NCBI GenBank assembly: GCA_964291495.2
Contig: OZ219871.1
Coordinates: 768,001 to 832,000 of the forward strand
Length of the DNA stretch: 64,000 nt
Source: Dehalococcoidia bacterium
Lineage (GTDB): Bacteria; Chloroflexota; Dehalococcoidia; UBA2979
Direction: 5' to 3'
Part shown: in pieces, positions 58,981-64,000 of the stretch
How the letters are laid out: each line of letters starts with the position of its first letter
Numbering within the stretch: the stretch's first letter is position 1
Position numbers and translations under genes: made by a program
Notes under the pieces: model-generated
What the model saw: the letters and a program-made list of their open reading frames with translations, nothing else
The model's database searches: none
What the model was told of the DNA's origin: nothing

Positions 58981-60726
58981 ATGCGACCACACGAGGTCCC
59001 CACCCACGTGCAGGCCGAGGACCGCGTCCTGCTGTGGTTCACCTTCCCCCAGATCGTGGCGATGACGGCGGTCTGCGCCCTCGCCTACGGTATCTACCAC
59101 TACGCCCCCGTCGGTCCCTCCGGGGTGCGCATGGCTGCCGCCGCGCTCTTCGGGCTCGTTGGGCTCGCCGCGATCGCCGGGCGCATCGGAGGCAGGCGGC
59201 TGCCGCTCGTGGCCGCCGACCTGCTGCGCTTCGGGCTGGGGGCGCGGCGCTACGCCGGGCCTCCGGCCCAGCTGGTGCGAAGCGAGCCGCCCGCGCCCGT
59301 GCAGCCCGCGGAGCGCGGGCCGGGCCCATTGCGGCTGCTCGCGCGGCGGGTCCTGCGCAGGACCCGCCGCGTGACGAAGCGACGGAAGGAGGGGGAGCGC
59401 CGCAACGGGCGCAGGCCCCTTCGTCCCCACCGCCGCTTTCGCCGGTGCCTGCGGAAGCAGGACGAGCGGATCGAGCACGACAGGCAGGCAACGACCCCTG
59501 AGGGCCCCCGGCAGCGGCCGCGGCGGCGCGGGTTTTGGAAGGCCTTCCTGCTCGCGGCCGTCGCGGCGCTGGTGGTGCTCACCGCGCTGCCACTCACGGC
59601 GGCCCTCGCCCAGGACCCGGGCCAGGAGGGCTGGCTCTCGGAGGAGATCGAGTTCCAGCCGCCGCCGGCGCTGCCGGGGCGGAGGCTCTTCGTCGAAGGA
59701 CTGACCGTCACCGGACAGCGCGCCGAGGTCGTCCTGCGGGCGGCCACCGACCTGCAGCTCACGGTGCGGGCCTACGGCGGCCCCGCAGGCCGCACGGTCC
59801 GCACCCACGCGAGCGCCTCGCTCGACCAGGGCGAGCAGGCGAGCTACGACCTGCCCCTGGACGGCCCAGCGCCGTCGCTCGTCTTCTCCTGGCAGGACGA
59901 GCTGGGGCTGGCCGGGGCGGTCAGCCTCGACGGGGGGCGGCTCCCATGGCCGCTACCCGAGGGTCGCGGTGAGCTGTGCGTGTTGCACGTCGTCTCGCTC
60001 GGCTGGAGCGCAGGGGCCGTCGAGGGCGTCGTGGCTTCGGAGTGCGTGAGCGCCACCGAGGAGGCGGTCGTCCTGCAGACGGTCGCCGGACACGCCGACG
60101 TCACCACGACGGCGCTGCTCGAGGCAGAGGTCGCCTCGATCACCGGGACCGTCACGGTCGCGTCCGCTGCGTCGGAGACGAGCGTGGCCTTCGTGGCCGG
60201 AGGCGAGACCAGCTTCCGGGTGCCGGTAGGGGCGGGCGAGGGCATCCACGCCCTCGCCGTGGCGGTGAGCCTCGAGGCGGCGCTGCGCATCCCGCTGCCG
60301 CCGCTGGTGGAGCTCACCCACCATCCGCAGCGCACCGAGCACCTCACCGAGACGGCGGTGGTGAACATCCCCGCCTTCGGCGACACGGTGACCGAGACGG
60401 TGGCCATCCCCAACGAGGACGGCACCTTCACGGAGCACGTCGTGACGGCCGGCTGCCATGTCCCGGCGTCGACCGTTCGCCAGGACGTCGTCTTCACCGT
60501 CGTCCACCCCGAACGCGTCGAGGCCGCGGTCACGGCGCGGGCGCCGCTCGCGCGCAGCCGGGAGGAGAGCCAGGCCCTCGCCTCCAGCGTCTGGGCCGAC
60601 GACCCGTACGTACCGCTCGCCGTCCCGGAGCCCGAACCCGAGCCCGACCCGGTCACCCAGACCACCGCCGGCAGCGGCGAGCTCGGCGACTGGTTCGAGC
60701 AGCTCGGGTGGGAGTGGCCGTGGTGA
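58981..60726 (+). CDS. PrgI-like (VirB3-like) N-terminus fused to a large putative extracellular domain
   Basis: HEVPTHVQAEDRVLLWFTFPQ + 2 TM segments + GGRRL; Arg-rich linker; second hydrophobic signal-like segment; Val/Thr-rich domain. Confidence 0.72.
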   Translation: MRPHEVPTHVQAEDRVLLWFTFPQIVAMTAVCALAYGIYHYAPVGPSGVRMAAAALFGLVGLAAIAGRIGGRRLPLVAADLLRFGLGARRYAGPPAQLVRSEPPAPVQPAERGPGPLRLLARRVLRRTRRVTKRRKEGERRNGRRPLRPHRRFRRCLRKQDERIEHDRQATTPEGPRQRPRRRGFWKAFLLAAVAALVVLTALPLTAALAQDPGQEGWLSEEIEFQPPPALPGRRLFVEGLTVTGQRAEVVLRAATDLQLTVRAYGGPAGRTVRTHASASLDQGEQASYDLPLDGPAPSLVFSWQDELGLAGAVSLDGGRLPWPLPEGRGELCVLHVVSLGWSAGAVEGVVASECVSATEEAVVLQTVAGHADVTTTALLEAEVASITGTVTVASAASETSVAFVAGGETSFRVPVGAGEGIHALAVAVSLEAALRIPLPPLVELTHHPQRTEHLTETAVVNIPAFGDTVTETVAIPNEDGTFTEHVVTAGCHVPASTVRQDVVFTVVHPERVEAAVTARAPLARSREESQALASSVWADDPYVPLAVPEPEPEPDPVTQTTAGSGELGDWFEQLGWEWPW

Positions 60727-60803
60727 GGCGGGTAACGACCGCCCTGCTCTTCGGCGGGGTCGCGCTGGTCACGACCGGCGCGGCTCCGGCCGAGGAGCGG
60801 GCC

Positions 60804-61040
60804 ATGCTCGACGCCTTCGACGAGGCACTCACGGCGATGGCCTACGCCGCCGCCGGGCTGGCCGTCTTTGCCGTCGTCTGGGCGGGCTTCCTGCTCATGG
60901 CCGAGGGCGGCGAGGAGCGTGGCGGCGGACGCGCCCGCAGCGCCGTCGTGCTGGCCCTCGCGGGGCTCGCGCTCGTGCTCTCGGCGAAGGGCGTGGCGGC
61001 CCTGCTGCGCGCGGGCGTCGTCCCCTTCCCCATTCACTGA
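60804..61040 (+). CDS. Second pilin-like protein
   Basis: Two TM segments, WAGFLLMAEGG...RARSAVVLALAG; GAGGAG RBS. Confidence 0.7.
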   Translation: MLDAFDEALTAMAYAAAGLAVFAVVWAGFLLMAEGGEERGGGRARSAVVLALAGLALVLSAKGVAALLRAGVVPFPIH

Positions 61041-61061
61041 AGGCGCAAGGAGCGCATCCTG

Positions 61062-63362
61062 ATGAGACGGCTACTCGAACTGAAGAAGCGCGCGGCGGCG
61101 GTCCTGCCCGGCCGGGACGCCGCCTCCCCACCGCATCCCGACGCCGGGCCTGCGCCCGGCCCGTATCCGCCTGAGCCCGAGGGCCCGGCTCCCAGGCCGC
61201 CGGCCGAGCTGCCCCTCGCCTTCATGCTCTCGCACCTCGAGAACGACGGGCCGGTGCGGCTCGACGGCGTCAAGCTCGGCGTCTGCGAGGTGCTCGGCCT
61301 GGAACTGGACGAGCCCCGCCTGGGGGCCCTCGCTGGCGCCCTCAACGCCTGTGACTTCCCCCTCCAGCTGCTCGTGCGCCAGCACCCGCCCGGCCTCGGA
61401 CAGCTGCGCGCCGACCTCGAAGCGGCCGAGCCCGAGGACCTGCCCCCGCGCACGCGCGCGGCGGCGCAGTCGCTCAGGCGGCTGCTGGGCGAGCTGGAGG
61501 GCCGCGAGGGCATCCTCGACCGCCGCTTCTACGCCGTCTGCGAGCTCGACCGCGCCGATGAGCTGCGGTCGCTGCTGCAGCGCGCCGGGCTCTCGGTGCA
61601 TCCGCTCGCCGGGCGCCAGCTGCGCATGCTCCTGCTCGCCTCCGCCCTCGGCGGCTCCCCCAGGGAGATCGACGAGGAGGCGGAGGTGGAGGTCGAGGTC
61701 AACCGCCGCGACATTCGCGCCGGCGACCACCTCACGCGCTCGCTCCACCTCGGCAAGTGGCCTCGCTCGCTCGCCCCCGGATTCCTCCAGAGCCTGATGG
61801 CTGCGGGCGTGCCCATGGACCTCTCCCTGCATCTCGGGCCGATCCCGGCAGCCGAGGCGGCGCGCACCCTGGAGTGGCAGAAGGTGCGCTTCGAGTCGGC
61901 GCGCAGCCTCTCCCTTCGACGCGGGCGCTCGATGTCGTCGGAAGCGGAGATCGCCCTCGAGGACGTGATGCGCCTGCGCGACGAGGTGCAACGCGGCCGC
62001 GAGCGCCTCTTCCACGCCTCCCTCTCCCTCACGCTGCACGCCCCCGACGAGGCGTCCCTCGCCGAGATCACGCAGACCGCACGGGCACACTTCGCCGCCA
62101 CGCTGGGCAAGCTCGACGCCCTCCCCTTCCGCCAGCGCGAGGGTCTGCTCTCCACGCTGCCGCTCGCCCTGAACGCCGTTGCCGTGTGGCGCACGCTCGA
62201 CACCTCGTCGCTCGCCCGCCTCTACCCCTTCTCACCGCCGGACCTCGACACGCGCGGCGGCGACCTGCGCGGCATCGACATGCGGGCCTCGTCACCTGTC
62301 GTCTACGACCCCTGGGACGGCACCCATCTCAACGCCAACACCGCCGTGCTCGCGCGCTCCGGCTCCGGCAAGTCCTTCGCGACGAAGCTGGGCGTGCTGC
62401 GCGGCCTCTGCCGCGGCATCGTCGCCTACGTGATCGATCCCGAGGGCGAGTACGCCGACATGGCGCGCGCGGCGGGCGGGCGCGTGCTCTCCCCGGGCGT
62501 GGCCGGCCAGGGCATGAACCCCTTCGTCATCGACCGGGGCGACCCCGAGGAGCTGCTGCTGCGCATCGGCAGCCTGAGACGGCTGATCGAGGTGATGATC
62601 GGAGAGTCCCTCGGCGCGGAGCGGCGCGCCGCTCTCGACCACGCCCTCGCCGCCTACTACGCACAGCCGCGCGAGCGCACCGGCTTCCGCGACTTCTTCG
62701 CCTACCTCCGGGACAGCGAGGAGGGCGATCCCGGTCTCGCCGGGCTGCTGCGCCCCTTCGCCACCGGCAGCCTGCGCCACCTGCTCTCCGATGAGGGCGA
62801 CGACCTGCTCACGAACGAGGCGCTCGTCACCGTCTTCGACCTGCGGCTGCTGGAGCCCGAGCTGCGCCCCGCCGCTGCGATGGTCTGCACCGAGACGGTC
62901 TGGGCCGCGGCGGCGCGCGACCCGAAGCCGCGCCTGCTGGTCGTCGACGAGGTGTGGTCGATCATGCAGCACCCAGAGGGCGCCGCCTTCATGGTCTCGA
63001 TGGCGAAGCGGGCGCGGAAACACCGGCTCGGGCTGCAGTTCATCACGCAGGACGTGCAGGACCTCCTCTCGGAGGATCCCTCGCGCGCCATCACCGGCCA
63101 CAGCGGGCGCGCCCTGCTCCAGAACGCCGCCTTCAAGCTCCTGCTCCAGCAGGACGCCGCCGCCATCTCGACGGTCGGTGACGCCTTCGACCTGCCGGAG
63201 GAGCTGCAGCGCTGGCTGCTCTCCTGCCCGCGCGGCGACGGCCTGCTGCTCGCCCGCAGCAACCGCTTCCCGATCCGCATCGAGGCGACGCCCGAGGAGG
63301 CCGAGCTGATCGAGTGGCGGCCCGGCTCCCACCGGCCGAGCGCAGGCGAGGCCGGCGGCTGA
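61062..63362 (+). CDS. virB4: VirB4-like type IV secretion ATPase
   Basis: NANTAVLARSGSGKSF, VIDPEGEY, MNPF, LLVVDEVW, KRARK, ITQD. Confidence 0.92.
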   Translation: MRRLLELKKRAAAVLPGRDAASPPHPDAGPAPGPYPPEPEGPAPRPPAELPLAFMLSHLENDGPVRLDGVKLGVCEVLGLELDEPRLGALAGALNACDFPLQLLVRQHPPGLGQLRADLEAAEPEDLPPRTRAAAQSLRRLLGELEGREGILDRRFYAVCELDRADELRSLLQRAGLSVHPLAGRQLRMLLLASALGGSPREIDEEAEVEVEVNRRDIRAGDHLTRSLHLGKWPRSLAPGFLQSLMAAGVPMDLSLHLGPIPAAEAARTLEWQKVRFESARSLSLRRGRSMSSEAEIALEDVMRLRDEVQRGRERLFHASLSLTLHAPDEASLAEITQTARAHFAATLGKLDALPFRQREGLLSTLPLALNAVAVWRTLDTSSLARLYPFSPPDLDTRGGDLRGIDMRASSPVVYDPWDGTHLNANTAVLARSGSGKSFATKLGVLRGLCRGIVAYVIDPEGEYADMARAAGGRVLSPGVAGQGMNPFVIDRGDPEELLLRIGSLRRLIEVMIGESLGAERRAALDHALAAYYAQPRERTGFRDFFAYLRDSEEGDPGLAGLLRPFATGSLRHLLSDEGDDLLTNEALVTVFDLRLLEPELRPAAAMVCTETVWAAAARDPKPRLLVVDEVWSIMQHPEGAAFMVSMAKRARKHRLGLQFITQDVQDLLSEDPSRAITGHSGRALLQNAAFKLLLQQDAAAISTVGDAFDLPEELQRWLLSCPRGDGLLLARSNRFPIRIEATPEEAELIEWRPGSHRPSAGEAGG

Positions 63363-63394
63363 CCGGCCGCCGCCTCCAAGGAAAGGACCTTCCC

Positions 63395-64000
63395 ATGCGA
63401 CTCAACCCTCTCCGCCTCTTCCGCCGCTCGGAGCCTGAGCCTCCCGTCCTGCTGGCGGTCACGCCGCCGCGCAGCGGCGAGCGCACCGTGCTCGCCGTCG
63501 AGAACCTGCTCGGCTCCATCGCCGTGCCGGAGCCGTTCTCGCTCGAGCTCGCCGGCGACAGCGACGGCGTCACGCTCATGGCGCGCTGCCTCGACGGCGA
63601 GGTCGTGCGCGGCCAGATCGCCTCCCACTACCCGCAGGCCCGCATCCACCAGCTGGAGCCGGACGAGGATCCCCTGCTCCTCGGCGAGGGCGAGCAGGCC
63701 TGGGCCATGACGCTGCGCTCCGGCGGACCCGAGTACCTGCCCCTGCGCGTCTTCCGCGACGACGACCTGCTCGACCCCGGCTCCGACCCCCTCCTCTCCC
63801 TGCTCGGCGCGCTCTCGTCGCTCCGCGAGGGCGAGCGCATCGTGGCGCGGCTGCTGCTGCGCTCGCTCGGCCCGGACTGGTCCGAGGCCCACCAGGTCAG
63901 GGCCCACGAGCGGCCCGTGCGGGAGCCGCACGACTCCGCCTACACGAGCCAGGTCCGCCAGCACCGCAACGACGGCGTGATGATGGCCGTGCTCGGCGCC
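63395..64000 (+). CDS. Probable type IV coupling protein (VirD4/TraD-like), N-terminal part; runs off the window
   Basis: Open from ATG 63395 with AAGGA RBS: MRLNPLRLF...PFSLEL...QIASHYPQARI...YLPLRVF...DPLLSLLGALS. Call rests on position after virB4; ATPase motifs are not in the window. Confidence 0.6.
   Translation, partial: MRLNPLRLFRRSEPEPPVLLAVTPPRSGERTVLAVENLLGSIAVPEPFSLELAGDSDGVTLMARCLDGEVVRGQIASHYPQARIHQLEPDEDPLLLGEGEQAWAMTLRSGGPEYLPLRVFRDDDLLDPGSDPLLSLLGALSSLREGERIVARLLLRSLGPDWSEAHQVRAHERPVREPHDSAYTSQVRQHRNDGVMMAVLGA

Larger units (their letters stand above)
35050..64000. mobile_element. ICE or integrated conjugative plasmid (left part; boundaries approximate)
   Basis: T4SS genes, helicase-MTase-RadC-SSB-primase backbone, lower-GC defence cargo starting after 35030. 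No integrase, relaxase or att site seen in the window. Confidence 0.8.

Overview
High-GC bacterial DNA in two halves. The gene content suggests Chloroflexota (Dehalococcoidia-like); this is inference only. Left half (1-35,030), chromosomal catabolic and transport genes: Tat-lipoprotein family-5 substrate-binding proteins (SBPs), Dpp permeases with a near-exact 2-kb tandem duplication bounded by REP-like hairpins, an enoyl-CoA hydratase, two class III CoA-transferases, an iron-chelate uptake cassette between 73-bp direct repeats, an amidase, a frameshifted SDR, an ASPIC/UnbV protein, an IclR-glyoxalase fusion with about 8 candidate operator sites over 15 kb, a Mo-oxidoreductase, an RnfD/UnbU-like protein, an enolase-superfamily enzyme and a 5'-truncated luciferase-like monooxygenase (LLM). 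Right half (about 35,050 to the end), an integrative conjugative element (ICE) or integrated plasmid. It has a lower-GC defence cargo block: Zn-finger/HEPN-like protein; a 4-gene operon of MORC-like GHKL-histidine kinase, receiver protein, unknown His-motif protein and m6A MTase, divergent from an m4C-type MTase plus XhoI/PaeR7I endonuclease; and a TIR + membrane-protein pair. Then come a backbone (helicase, MTase, RadC, SSB, Rad52-like, primase) and a T4SS operon (VirB6-like, two pilins, PrgI fusion, VirB4, start of a probable coupling protein). Best candidates for an undescribed system: the signalling-coupled restriction-modification (RM) locus (36,685-44,328) and the TIR + membrane effector pair (44,306-45,159). 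No rRNA, tRNA, CRISPR array, integrase or relaxase was recognised. All family calls are from motif recognition by eye, not database searches.
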